Shown here: positions 9,157 to 17,578 of the stretch, in pieces
Numbering within the stretch: the first letter of the stretch is position 1
Layout of the letters: each line of letters begins with the position of its first letter
Translations under genes and position numbers: made by a program
The notes under the pieces: model-generated
The model's input: the letters and a program-made list of their open reading frames with translations, nothing else
What the model was told of the DNA's origin: nothing
The model's database searches: none
Source: Chloroflexia bacterium
GTDB lineage: Bacteria > Chloroflexota > Chloroflexia > QHBQ01 > JADMIH01
Length of the DNA stretch: 33,834 bases
Reading direction: 5' to 3'
NCBI GenBank assembly: GCA_034667185.1
Contig: JAXDKH010000365.1
Span: 1-33,834, forward strand

Positions 9157-11583
9157 CTATCCCTGCCGTCCGTCGGCATCTTCGCTGAGTAGCGGTGCGC
9201 GCTTCAGCACGTTCTGCAAGTAGTAGCTGAGCACCAGGAACAGACCGCCTACCCCCAGGAAGATCAACACGCGCCAGATGGCCTCCAGGCCCACGAGGTC
9301 GATCAGGAACAGCTTGGCGACCAGCAGCACCAGGGTCCCGGCTCCCGCGTACAGCAGAGGTGCGTTGCGGTTGAACCTGATGCCGGCCAGAAGTAGCACG
9401 CACGCCCAGACTCCCCAGGCTATCGTCACGAAGGCGTTCCCGTTCGGTAGGGTCTCCAACTCGCGCCATAGTAAGGCGAGCAAGGCCAGGTGTGCCGCGC
9501 CTCTGTACAGCAGTTGTACCCCTCGTTCCTTGTGCAGGAAAGATACTCCGGCTACCAGGAGTATTACGGCCACGTCAACCAGGTTGGGGAGGTTGAAGAA
9601 TACCGGCCCCGGAGCTGCTCCGTAAAGCAGCCTGAGCATAAGCTGCAGGGCGACCAGGCCCAAAATGATGTGCGAGGGCACAACCGTCTCAGCACGGTTG
9701 GTCCGCCCCGGTGCCCACCAGTACACGGCCTGCAACAGGGTGCCGTAGACCGCCCACCCCAGAATGATGTAGCTCCACCCGTCGGGGCGACCTGCTAGCT
9801 CACGCCATATCGTGCCGAGCACGACTAGGTGTACCATGCCCCGGTATAGGACGCTGGTGCCCTGGGGCCGCACTACAAAGGAAGCCGCCAGGGACAGCCC
9901 CAATACTGTCAGGTAGGTGAGTGCTTGCGCATTCAGGAACGGGAGTTCGTCCAGCCTGGCGGTCCCGAATATCGGGCCTACTATATCTCGCCACAACTGA
10001 GAGACCACCCACAGGGCCACGCAGCCCGATAGTATGTGGCCCATGACCGATGTGCCCCTGTCCGAGAGCCTGCGAGCAACGAAGTGCAGGGCCGCTGCCT
10101 CCACCGCGAGCGCCAGCATCAGCACGTTGCCATGTATCAGTTGCACCAGCGCCAGTGTCAGCAACAGCACGCCCACAACCGCGTGGGTGTATGCCAGTCG
10201 TTCTTGGGAACGCCGCAAGCTCCAGGCGACGGCTCCGAACAGCACGGCCCCGGCCAGCGTCGCCGCACCCAACACCTCGCTCGGTACCGTGGCTTCCCAC
10301 AGCCTCCACGAGAAGCCAAGAGTGGTCAGCGGAGCCAGCACCACGAGCGCGTGCACCTGCGATTCCAGGAGGTTCCTGAGGTCCTTGTCGTGGACGTAGT
10401 CGAGCGACGACGAAGGCCACCGCTCCGGGTTGATTGCCCGCAATGTTTCGCGTACCAATGGCACTACCCAGAAGACCAGCAGGCAGAAGATTGCCCCGGC
10501 TTGCAAAGCCCAATCACCGTCAGGCCCTGCACCGAACCTCTTTGCGCCCTCAAGCCCTGCCAGCAGCACCAGCCAGGTGCCCACGAAGGTGGTCCACAGC
10601 AGGCCGCGCCAGCCTCGGAAGAAATAGACTGCAACAGCCCCGGCGGCCACCAGGCAGGTATAGGTAACCAGGCCCGTGACGCCGCCCGACCTGTCGCCCA
10701 GCACGAAGGGAGTTGCCAGCCCACCCGCTACGCCCACGATGGACAGCAGCGACTGGTTGTGTCCCAGAGCGAGCACGAAGGCCAGCACCGTCACCGCCAC
10801 CATAAAGGAGAATGCCAGCTCGTAGGCCACCAGGTGGAAGAGCTGGTAGGCCGCGTATCCCGTAATGTAGAAGGTGGCAATGCTCCCGCCCAGCAAGATG
10901 TACTTCAAAGCCTGACGGTGCGCACCCATCAGCGAGCCTATGACGAGCAACGCAGCCCCGGCCACGAAGCCCATCGCGACGCGCACCCACTCGGTGAGCC
11001 ACCCCTGGTCCACCGAGTACTTGAACAGGAAGCCGATGCCGAGCAGGAAGAGCACGATGCCGACGCGGCTGAGCCAGAACTCCCCGCTTTTGAGGATGTC
11101 GGGCGGCTTACGGGCAGTGGTGCTCGCGCTCGGGGCGCTGCTTTTTGGCCGGGCGTCCGTGGAGCTTACCCACGAGGCGGAAGAGCCATATACCTGAGAA
11201 GTCGCGGTATTGGATTCATTGAGACCCGGCAGGGGCATGTTGCCCAGCGCGGCTATGCTCTCTGGAACAGCTATTTGCCGACCCTGCCCGGACGGCTGCA
11301 TGGACCTGCCGCACCACATGCAATAGGGGTTAGTGGGTGGGTTGCCGCCCCGGCAGTGCGGGCAGAACACCTCTGTGGGAGGGGCCGGTGGTGCAGGTAT
11401 CAGGTTTGTGGTGGCAGGTACAGCCCGCCCAGCGACCTGTAGGTCCTCGGTTGGTGTAAGAGTGGCGGGCCGTATTGTGGCTACCGCCCCTTCGAGTCGC
11501 TCCACCTGGCCGCGCAACTCGCCTACCATCTGCTCTAGCCTGCCGATTCGTTCGTCCAGGGGCACACGTCCCGTCTCTTCCAT
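9157..11583 (-). CDS. DUF2339-family polytopic membrane protein with N-terminal coiled coil and zinc ribbon
   Basis: WLSRVGIVLFLLGIGFLFKYS..GWL and C-terminal KLFLIDL..LEAIWRVLIFLGVG are typical of DUF2339. CPHC..NP....YCMWCG zinc ribbon. SD AGGAGG. Confidence 0.85.
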   Translation of the reverse strand: MEETGRVPLDERIGRLEQMVGELRGQVERLEGAVATIRPATLTPTEDLQVAGRAVPATTNLIPAPPAPPTEVFCPHCRGGNPPTNPYCMWCGRSMQPSGQGRQIAVPESIAALGNMPLPGLNESNTATSQVYGSSASWVSSTDARPKSSAPSASTTARKPPDILKSGEFWLSRVGIVLFLLGIGFLFKYSVDQGWLTEWVRVAMGFVAGAALLVIGSLMGAHRQALKYILLGGSIATFYITGYAAYQLFHLVAYELAFSFMVAVTVLAFVLALGHNQSLLSIVGVAGGLATPFVLGDRSGGVTGLVTYTCLVAAGAVAVYFFRGWRGLLWTTFVGTWLVLLAGLEGAKRFGAGPDGDWALQAGAIFCLLVFWVVPLVRETLRAINPERWPSSSLDYVHDKDLRNLLESQVHALVVLAPLTTLGFSWRLWEATVPSEVLGAATLAGAVLFGAVAWSLRRSQERLAYTHAVVGVLLLTLALVQLIHGNVLMLALAVEAAALHFVARRLSDRGTSVMGHILSGCVALWVVSQLWRDIVGPIFGTARLDELPFLNAQALTYLTVLGLSLAASFVVRPQGTSVLYRGMVHLVVLGTIWRELAGRPDGWSYIILGWAVYGTLLQAVYWWAPGRTNRAETVVPSHIILGLVALQLMLRLLYGAAPGPVFFNLPNLVDVAVILLVAGVSFLHKERGVQLLYRGAAHLALLALLWRELETLPNGNAFVTIAWGVWACVLLLAGIRFNRNAPLLYAGAGTLVLLVAKLFLIDLVGLEAIWRVLIFLGVGGLFLVLSYYLQNVLKRAPLLSEDADGRQG

Positions 11584-11892
11584 CTGCGACTACCTCCTTG
11601 CAACACAGGCCCATTTCCTAAATAGACCCCATTCACCTGTTACCAGTATGCGGTTGTAATATGCCCGTTACATCGGCAGTCTTGCCTAACTACGGGCTAT
11701 GCCACTATGCAGGGTGCTGTCATGGAAGAGTAGGTATTATTGCTTAGATTAGGCAGGTAAAGACAGCGCACTATCTAGACAGCTACGAAAGCAGGCAGCA
11801 AAGCTCGACCTCTATATAGGCGCAACTCGGCACGTCATATAAATAGAACGCAGCCCACCACTTTGGCGCGATTCTACCCGCACTTCATAGCC

Positions 11893-11926
11893 CAGTCAAC
11901 AGTCAACTCGCCTCGGCTGGTATAAT
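11893..11926 (+). promoter_or_regulatory. Extended -10 promoter of the ComQ-like gene
   Basis: TGgTATAAT at 11918-11926. Direct repeat (AGTCAAC)x2 sits in the -35 position. Confidence 0.5.
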
Positions 11927-11994
11927 ACCCCGGCAAACTAAGCACCAACAAAACACTCGCCTATCGTCCATCGTCCCTCATCCGAGGTGAGCCC

Positions 11995-13092
11995 GTGAGT
12001 TCCGAGTCCGAAATCCGGCAGTTCCTCGAAGCCACCGAAGAGCACCTGACGGAGGCCCTGCTCGAATACGCCTCCATAATGCCGATGTCGCTCATCAACA
12101 TCGGCAAGCTGGCCCTCTCTGCGCCGGGCAAGGTGTTGAGCGCGGTGCCTCGGATGCAACAAGCGGGTGGCACCTTGCCTTCGCCCTTACCCAGGTGGCC
12201 CCTTTACGTGATAGAGGCGTACAGGGCAGGGGCGTCTTACCCGGAAGATACCTGGCGGGACGCGCTGCCTGGCGCGGTGGCTGTGGAGATCGCCATGTCC
12301 GCTGCCGACTTGCTGGACGAACTGACCGACGACGATCCCAGTCCGGTTGCCGAGCAGTACGGTCCCGGCCAGGCCCTCAACACCGCCAACCTGATGCTGG
12401 TCATGGCTCAACAAGTGTTGCTCAAAGCGGCGCAATCGAGCACCAAGGACCTCTATCTTGCTGCCCTCGCCGCGCTCCAGGAGATGCTGGTGGAGGCCGC
12501 CGTGGGCCAGCACCTCGATATGCTTTACGATGGGCTGCCACCTGGTGTAGTGACATTGGAGATGAGCGCGGACGTGACGGCGAAGAAGGCGGGCGCTCTA
12601 ATAGCGGGGGCGTGGCGTGTGGGGGCCGTGCTCTCAGGTGCGGAAGCGCCCGTGGTTGACCTGCTGACCCGCCTGGGCCGCGAGACGGGGGGCTTCGCCC
12701 AACTCTCAAACGACCTGGAAGCGGTGCTGCCTCTTGACATAAGTTCATCGGACGTGTCTCTCATGGATGAAGGTGGAACGCCTGGGCTCAAGACCGACCT
12801 GCGCCTGCGCAAGCGCACCATGCCCATCGTATTTACCCTGCGCGAGGAAGGTGAAGCGCCCAACCCCCTGCAACGGGCTTTCAGCGACCCCACCTACGCT
12901 GCGAGCGTGGACGAGGACACCCTGCGCCGGGCCATAGTTGAAGCGGGGGGCGTGCAGTTCGTGCAGCTGGTAATGGAAGTGCACGCACAGACTATCGTGC
13001 AACTGCTGGCCGAGCTTGAGACGCTCAGGCCGGGCGCTACCGAGGCCCTGGGTTACCTGTTGCCGGTGCAGGCTGCGGAGGTAGAAGACTAG
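11995..13092 (+). CDS. Isoprenyl-diphosphate-synthase-fold protein, ComQ-like (putative peptide tryptophan prenyltransferase)
   Basis: FARM-like AADLLDELTDDD without the following RRG, GQHLD, KKAGAL, pseudo-SARM QLSNDLEA, KTDLRLRKRTMPIVF. GTG start with SD GAGGTGA. Confidence 0.7.
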   Translation: MSSESEIRQFLEATEEHLTEALLEYASIMPMSLINIGKLALSAPGKVLSAVPRMQQAGGTLPSPLPRWPLYVIEAYRAGASYPEDTWRDALPGAVAVEIAMSAADLLDELTDDDPSPVAEQYGPGQALNTANLMLVMAQQVLLKAAQSSTKDLYLAALAALQEMLVEAAVGQHLDMLYDGLPPGVVTLEMSADVTAKKAGALIAGAWRVGAVLSGAEAPVVDLLTRLGRETGGFAQLSNDLEAVLPLDISSSDVSLMDEGGTPGLKTDLRLRKRTMPIVFTLREEGEAPNPLQRAFSDPTYAASVDEDTLRRAIVEAGGVQFVQLVMEVHAQTIVQLLAELETLRPGATEALGYLLPVQAAEVED

Positions 13093-13435
13093 CTGCTCCG
13101 TTCATACGTTCCATGATGCTGCGCCATGCTCCGTGCTAACGGTCATACTTGCTAGTTTTCATCCGCACCGGGCGTCATCTGCCACATATTCTTGCCGTGG
13201 TATGCGATACCACATACCGCAGAAACACAAAGGGCACGGGCCCTCCATCAGCCCAGGGGATGTGTTTGCTGTGCCAGGCGGGGTCATATTCTCCCTGTAA
13301 AATGGTACGCGTATCCTCGCCCTGGTGAACCGCAATTTTACTGGCTTGACCCCGCACGTTGCGCCGCTTAGAATGGCAACTACCCAGCGTCTATAGCGCA
13401 CCACTCGCGGGATGATGCAGGAGGAAGATAATCAC

Positions 13436-13678
13436 ATGCTGGACGGTATCTGCCCAAAATGTGGATCAGCTGAGATCTATACGGATGTCCACGTAGAAGG
13501 AAGGTTCAGCACCCCCAGTATGAACCTGGTTATGGCGAAGGGCGGCATACTGGCTCCTGCCCTCGTTGGGCACGACAACTACTTGTGCGGTGCGTACGGA
13601 TACCTGGAGAGCTATGTAACCGAGCCCCAGGACGTGCAGGTGCTCGTGGAGAACTGGACCAGGCTGGAGGCTCGCTAA
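13436..13678 (+). CDS. Small zinc-ribbon-like hypothetical protein
   Basis: CPKCGS ... YLCGAYGYLESY. SD AGGAGG at 13419. Ends 6 bp before the DHFR-like gene. Confidence 0.65.
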   Translation: MLDGICPKCGSAEIYTDVHVEGRFSTPSMNLVMAKGGILAPALVGHDNYLCGAYGYLESYVTEPQDVQVLVENWTRLEAR

Positions 13679-13684
13679 CGCAGC

Positions 13685-14215
13685 ATGAAAGTAATCCTCA
13701 TGGCCGCCGTCACGGTAGACGGCAAGATCGCCCGGCACGAGCACCACTTCGTGGATTGGTCCTCGAAGGAGGACAAGAAGCTCTTCATGCAGACCTCAAA
13801 GCGCGCGGGCGTAGTTATCCTGGGCAACAACACCTACGAGACTTTCCCCGCGCCCCTGCCCGGCAGGCTCCATATCGTGCTCACCACCCACGTCGCGGGC
13901 AAGCCACACAAGCCGGGCGAGATAGAGTTCACCGACCGCACGCCCGCCGAGATAGTGGCCGGCCTGGAGGCTCGCGGCTACACAGAAGCGGTGCTCACGG
14001 GTGGCGCGCAGGTGAACGCCCTCTTCCTGGCCGCAAATATGGTAGACGAAATCTGGTTGACCGTGGAGCCTCACATCTTCGGCGTGGGTCTCGACCTGTT
14101 CCGCGGCGTGCCGTTCGACCGCCGCGCCACCCTCTTGGAGGTACGGCAGCTAAACGAGGGAGGATCGGTGCTGCTCAGGTACGGACTCGACACCGGTGCC
14201 TCTGCTGAAAGCTAG
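13685..14215 (+). CDS. Dihydrofolate reductase family protein
   Basis: AAVTVDGKIA, W-SSKED, ILGNNTYETF, PLPGR, GGAQV, VDEIWLTVEPHIFG. Confidence 0.85.
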   Translation: MKVILMAAVTVDGKIARHEHHFVDWSSKEDKKLFMQTSKRAGVVILGNNTYETFPAPLPGRLHIVLTTHVAGKPHKPGEIEFTDRTPAEIVAGLEARGYTEAVLTGGAQVNALFLAANMVDEIWLTVEPHIFGVGLDLFRGVPFDRRATLLEVRQLNEGGSVLLRYGLDTGASAES

Positions 14216-14269
14216 GCATGTGCATGACTGTCGCCCTGGCACTCATCTGAGAGCGAAGAGGTTTGTCAC

Positions 14270-15061
14270 ATGAAGGTAATGACGTACAACATACTTGAAG
14301 GGGCTAACCTCCGCTTCGGCGACCGTACCGAGTTGGTCATCGACATCATCGAGAGGGCCGGTGCCGACATTGTGGGCCTGTGTGAGTGCACCGGCTTCGA
14401 CGCGGAGAACGCAGCCCGGTTCAAGTACTTCCGCAGCCGCCTGAGGCTGGACGGCGCTATTACGCGGGCTCCAAGCGGCCACCACGTCTGTCTGTTCTAC
14501 CGGAGGGGCCTTCGCACCTTCAGCCGCACCAACCTCGCCAACACCATGTACAACGGCTTCGCGCGAGTAGCCTTCGAAAGCAAAGAACTTGGCCCCGTCA
14601 CGGTGGTCATGACGCACCTGCACCCCTTTTCAAGCTGGTACCGGGTGACGGAAGTCCAGCAGGTGCTTGGCCGCGCTAGCTCCTCGGAAGAGTCGATCAT
14701 CATGGGCGACATGAACAACCTAGCCCCGTCGGACCTGCCTTTCGATATTGACGCCGCAGGCCCTCAACTCGCAGGGCGGCTTTCCGGCCCCGATGGGCAG
14801 ATAGACACCCTCCCCATCAGGGCCATGCTCACCCAGGGCTTCGTGGATCTCGGGGCATCCACCGTGGGCCCGACCTACCCGACCCGCATCGAGCGCAAGC
14901 AGAAGGAGTCGGACATCGCCGTGCGCCTCGACTACATACTCGCCACGCCAGGCCTAGCCCGCCGCTGTCGCTCCATACGGGCGATAGACGAGCTGCCCGC
15001 CCACGAAGCCTCGGACCACCTGCCGGTAATTGCTGAGTTCGACCTGACGCCGGTCGGCTAG
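14270..15061 (+). CDS. Endonuclease/exonuclease/phosphatase (EEP) family protein
   Basis: MTYNI, DIVGLCE, THL, MGDMN, RLDYI, SDHLPV. Confidence 0.9.
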   Translation: MKVMTYNILEGANLRFGDRTELVIDIIERAGADIVGLCECTGFDAENAARFKYFRSRLRLDGAITRAPSGHHVCLFYRRGLRTFSRTNLANTMYNGFARVAFESKELGPVTVVMTHLHPFSSWYRVTEVQQVLGRASSSEESIIMGDMNNLAPSDLPFDIDAAGPQLAGRLSGPDGQIDTLPIRAMLTQGFVDLGASTVGPTYPTRIERKQKESDIAVRLDYILATPGLARRCRSIRAIDELPAHEASDHLPVIAEFDLTPVG

Positions 15062-15088
15062 CTACCGCAAAGCGGGCTAAAATAATCA

Positions 15089-15117
15089 GTGACAAATCTC
15101 GGCCGCTTTGGTATAAT
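15089..15117 (+). promoter_or_regulatory. Sigma70 promoter of the tRNA
   Basis: GTGACA-17 bp-TATAAT with extended TG, ~19 nt before the tRNA. Confidence 0.65.
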
Positions 15118-15135
15118 TGGGCGTCAAAGCTGCTT

Positions 15136-15207
15136 GGGCCTGTGGCGCAGCGGTAGCGCAGGCGACTCATAATCGCTTGGTCGTAGGTTCGAATCCTACC
15201 GGGCCCA
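15136..15207 (+). tRNA. tRNA with CAT anticodon, most likely tRNA-Ile2 (lysidine type); CCA not encoded
   Basis: Acceptor stem GGGCCTG/CGGGCCC, anticodon arm GGCGA-CTCATAA-TCGCT (as in E. coli tRNA-Ile2, from memory), T-arm GTAGG-TTCGAAT-CCTAC. Confidence 0.9.
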
Positions 15208-15221
15208 CTGAGAAACATTCA

Positions 15222-15284
15222 AACGATGTACATAGCAAGAGGTTGGGATACTCTATCCCCCACTCCCTTGCTGTGTACATCGTT
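15222..15284. terminator. Long hairpin between the tRNA and the convergent endonuclease gene
   Basis: AACGATGTACATAGCAAG ... CTTGCTGTGTACATCGTT. Confidence 0.55.
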
Positions 15285-15308
15285 CTAGGTGGCTTAACTG
15301 GTGTTGAG

Positions 15309-16268
15309 TTATGTGTTGGCGTTTATTAGTTCCAAGAACATCGTATAGAAGCGCTTCCAGTCTGGACCGTCCTGCCCTACAACCTGAGAAAATTCGAAAA
15401 TTGCTGTTGATGTACGGGTCTCTGTCTCAAAAGTAGCACGGGGTAATCCGCCCATCTGAATAATAGTCCACCGATGTTGGTAACCTTCCTGCTGGGCCTT
15501 AATCTGTGACTTTTCTGCTTCGCCTGCGCGGTTATGCGCATTTGAGAAGTCGCTACCGCCCTTGATTTCGATAGCAATCAGTGGTTTAGACGATGAGCCA
15601 ACACCCTGGTTGAGCCTTATGTCCGGGTCACTACCAGCCACTAATTCATAAGGTTGGCCGTTTGGCAGCACAAACCTGAGTTGGGTGTCTTCCACCTCGA
15701 ATTCAATCCAATCCTCGTTAAGAAGTCTGCGTAGAACTCTAAAAGCCTGCAGGGCAGCCTCACGTCCAATAACAGTATTCCTCCGGCCTTGTAGAGTTGG
15801 CCCTAATGTCAGCAGAGCTAGGTCGCTCAAGTCCCTGTTGTCGAACTGGCCCATGGCTTCTACCAGCATTGTGAGAGGCTCGATTAGACGAGCGCAGAAC
15901 GCCTCCATTTGGGGCTTCAGCCGTGCTGATAACACTCCACTCTGCTCAGCCTTTGCCCATGCACCATAGCCATACTTGAGAGTGAAGTCCTTTGTGATTG
16001 AAAGACCAAGTAACATCCTATAGTAGCCAATCAATGGTGGAGAGTATTCTATTATTGCAGGTACCGGAAAGACACGTTCACCACGCAAGCCGAGTGCTGC
16101 TACATGACTTAACGTATCAGCAGGTACAAGACGGTCTAGCTCCTCATTTAAGCGCGCCACACCAACGGCGGACACTGCGGCACTGAGAGCAGGATGAAGT
16201 TGTAAGCGCCGGGCTTCAAGCAGCGACAGGTACAACCCAATACCTTTGTCTGCTGGTAAGGGTTTCAT
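15309..16268 (-). CDS. Type II restriction endonuclease, XcyI/XmaI/Cfr9I-like (predicted CCCGGG)
   Basis: GLRGERVFPVP, YYRMLLG, DLALLTLG, DPDI ... IAIEIKGG (PD-(D/E)xK), SNAHNRAGEAEKS. ATG 16268 lies 1 nt after the MTase stop. Confidence 0.8.
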   Translation of the reverse strand: MKPLPADKGIGLYLSLLEARRLQLHPALSAAVSAVGVARLNEELDRLVPADTLSHVAALGLRGERVFPVPAIIEYSPPLIGYYRMLLGLSITKDFTLKYGYGAWAKAEQSGVLSARLKPQMEAFCARLIEPLTMLVEAMGQFDNRDLSDLALLTLGPTLQGRRNTVIGREAALQAFRVLRRLLNEDWIEFEVEDTQLRFVLPNGQPYELVAGSDPDIRLNQGVGSSSKPLIAIEIKGGSDFSNAHNRAGEAEKSQIKAQQEGYQHRWTIIQMGGLPRATFETETRTSTAIFEFSQVVGQDGPDWKRFYTMFLELINANT

Positions 16269-16269
16269 G

Positions 16270-17289
16270 TTAGCTGATTGCAATTAACGGTTCATCCCCC
16301 GCCTGCCTGTTCACCTGTTGGTGCTCGATAAGTGGTTGTATTATTTCGGCTGCACTGACTACTTGTGCCTCCTCCACTACTTCAACCTCATAGATTGGGC
16401 GGTCTAGTCTTGCCAACTGCCGAATACGGTGGCGAGCTATTGCTGAGTATTCGGGGTTTATCTCTATGCCGAGAAATGGCCGTCCCAGTTCCACTGCAAC
16501 TACCGCAACCGTGCCGGAACCTAAGAATGGGTCCAATACGACATCCCCCGGCCTCGTGGATAGCTTCACACACGGTTCAACTAGCTTCGGAGGGAACGTA
16601 GCGAAATGCACATCCATAAGAGGGTAGGTGTTGATATCCCAGACCGAGCGTACGTTACGGTTATTTACTTCGCGCACCGCTTGGTTATCGTAGTAGTAAT
16701 TTTCGGACTTTGTAAGGAAAAACAGATATTCATGCGAACGGGTAGGTCGATCCTTTACGCTTTCCGGTTGCGCGTTTGGCTTACGCCATATTACGTCCGA
16801 CCTTAAATACCAACCTGCTTGCTGTAGAGCAAACGCCAGTCGCCAAGGGATTCCAGTAAGTTCTTTTGATTTTAAACCATTTGGTGTAGGTGGCCTGGTA
16901 CTCATAGCGCGGGCGCGGTTCTTCTTGTCGGGCGCACGCCACGTTCTACCGCCCGATGTGTAGCTATCACCAATATTCAGCCACATCGAGCCATCGGGCC
17001 GCAACACGCGGCGTACCTGCTCGAACACAGTAACTAACGCCATAATATAATCATCCACGTTTGGTTCTAGACCGATCTGTCCATCAATGGCGTAGTCACG
17101 TAACGACCAATAAGGTGGAGATGTAACAACTGCTTGGATACAGTTGGCTGGTAGATTTGCCAGTACCTTGAGGGCATCGCCGGTAACTACGCGCGAGTCG
17201 AAGACTTGGTCTCCACCAGGAGCAGTTTGAACGAGGGGCGGCGTAACAGAAGCATCAGACGAGACGTAATGCACAGTGTGGACTTGCAC
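16270..17289 (-). CDS. Beta-class amino DNA methyltransferase (likely N4-cytosine), cognate MTase
   Basis: TSPPYW (motif IV) precedes DPFLGSGT (motif I); IWRKPN..PESVKDRP, HFATFP. GTG start with SD GGAGG. Confidence 0.9.
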   Translation of the reverse strand: MQVHTVHYVSSDASVTPPLVQTAPGGDQVFDSRVVTGDALKVLANLPANCIQAVVTSPPYWSLRDYAIDGQIGLEPNVDDYIMALVTVFEQVRRVLRPDGSMWLNIGDSYTSGGRTWRAPDKKNRARAMSTRPPTPNGLKSKELTGIPWRLAFALQQAGWYLRSDVIWRKPNAQPESVKDRPTRSHEYLFFLTKSENYYYDNQAVREVNNRNVRSVWDINTYPLMDVHFATFPPKLVEPCVKLSTRPGDVVLDPFLGSGTVAVVAVELGRPFLGIEINPEYSAIARHRIRQLARLDRPIYEVEVVEEAQVVSAAEIIQPLIEHQQVNRQAGDEPLIAIS

Positions 17290-17398
17290 TCCAGTACCAA
17301 CCTCCCTGTTCTTGTAGATTGTAGGGTCTTCCTGTTTGAAGAGTATATCATTGCCTTAGAGGACCCGCAAACTTACACCCTTCGATGTCGTCTCTGGC

Positions 17399-17430
17399 GT
17401 AAATAGCTAAGATGGTAAATAGCTAAGATG
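17399..17430. repeat. 16-bp tandem duplication near the island end
   Basis: GTAAATAGCTAAGATG x2. Confidence 0.8.
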
Positions 17431-17503
17431 TATGTAGATATTTTCATAGGATAACAAAGAGAAACTCTGCAATTGCTGAGGAATGCGTATGAAACGTTAT
17501 CGA

Positions 17504-17578
17504 TAGCCTGTGGCGCAGCGGTAGCGCAGGCGACTCATAATCGCTTGGTCGTAGGTTCGAATCCTACCGGGTCCACCA
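17504..17578 (+). pseudogene. Second, nearly complete tRNA(CAT) copy (attR-like) with a damaged acceptor stem
   Basis: Starts TAGCCTG instead of GGGCCTG, so pairs 1-2 are mismatched. Ends CGGGTCCA-CCA. Confidence 0.7.

Larger units (their letters stand above)
15208..17571. mobile_element. Small genomic island in the tRNA, bounded by a 66-bp direct repeat; carries a type II R-M system and no integrase
   Basis: 15138-15203 is identical to 17506-17571. The interval is visibly more AT-rich than its flanks. Confidence 0.8.

Noticed and set aside
10036-11442. 468-aa + strand ORF, and similar long ORFs at 40-1389, 18172-19281, 23075-24097 and 32143-33129
   Set aside because: Antisense or off-frame shadows of well-supported GC-rich genes; no recognisable motifs.
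11770-11835. GAAAG...GCAAAGC resembling part of a c-di-GMP-I riboswitch, tempting next to an HD-GYP gene
   Set aside because: The GGCAAAC element and P1/P2 pairing cannot be formed convincingly; an Infernal search would be needed.
13685-15061. DHFR-like and EEP genes as part of the peptide system or the island
   Set aside because: Separated from the ComQ-like gene by ~340 bp plus the small ORF, outside the att repeats, and with no functional link visible.
15136-15207. tRNA-Met or initiator tRNA call
   Set aside because: It has a paired G1-C72 and no three consecutive G-C pairs in the anticodon stem, so it is not initiator; the anticodon arm fits Ile2. Elongator Met is not fully excluded.
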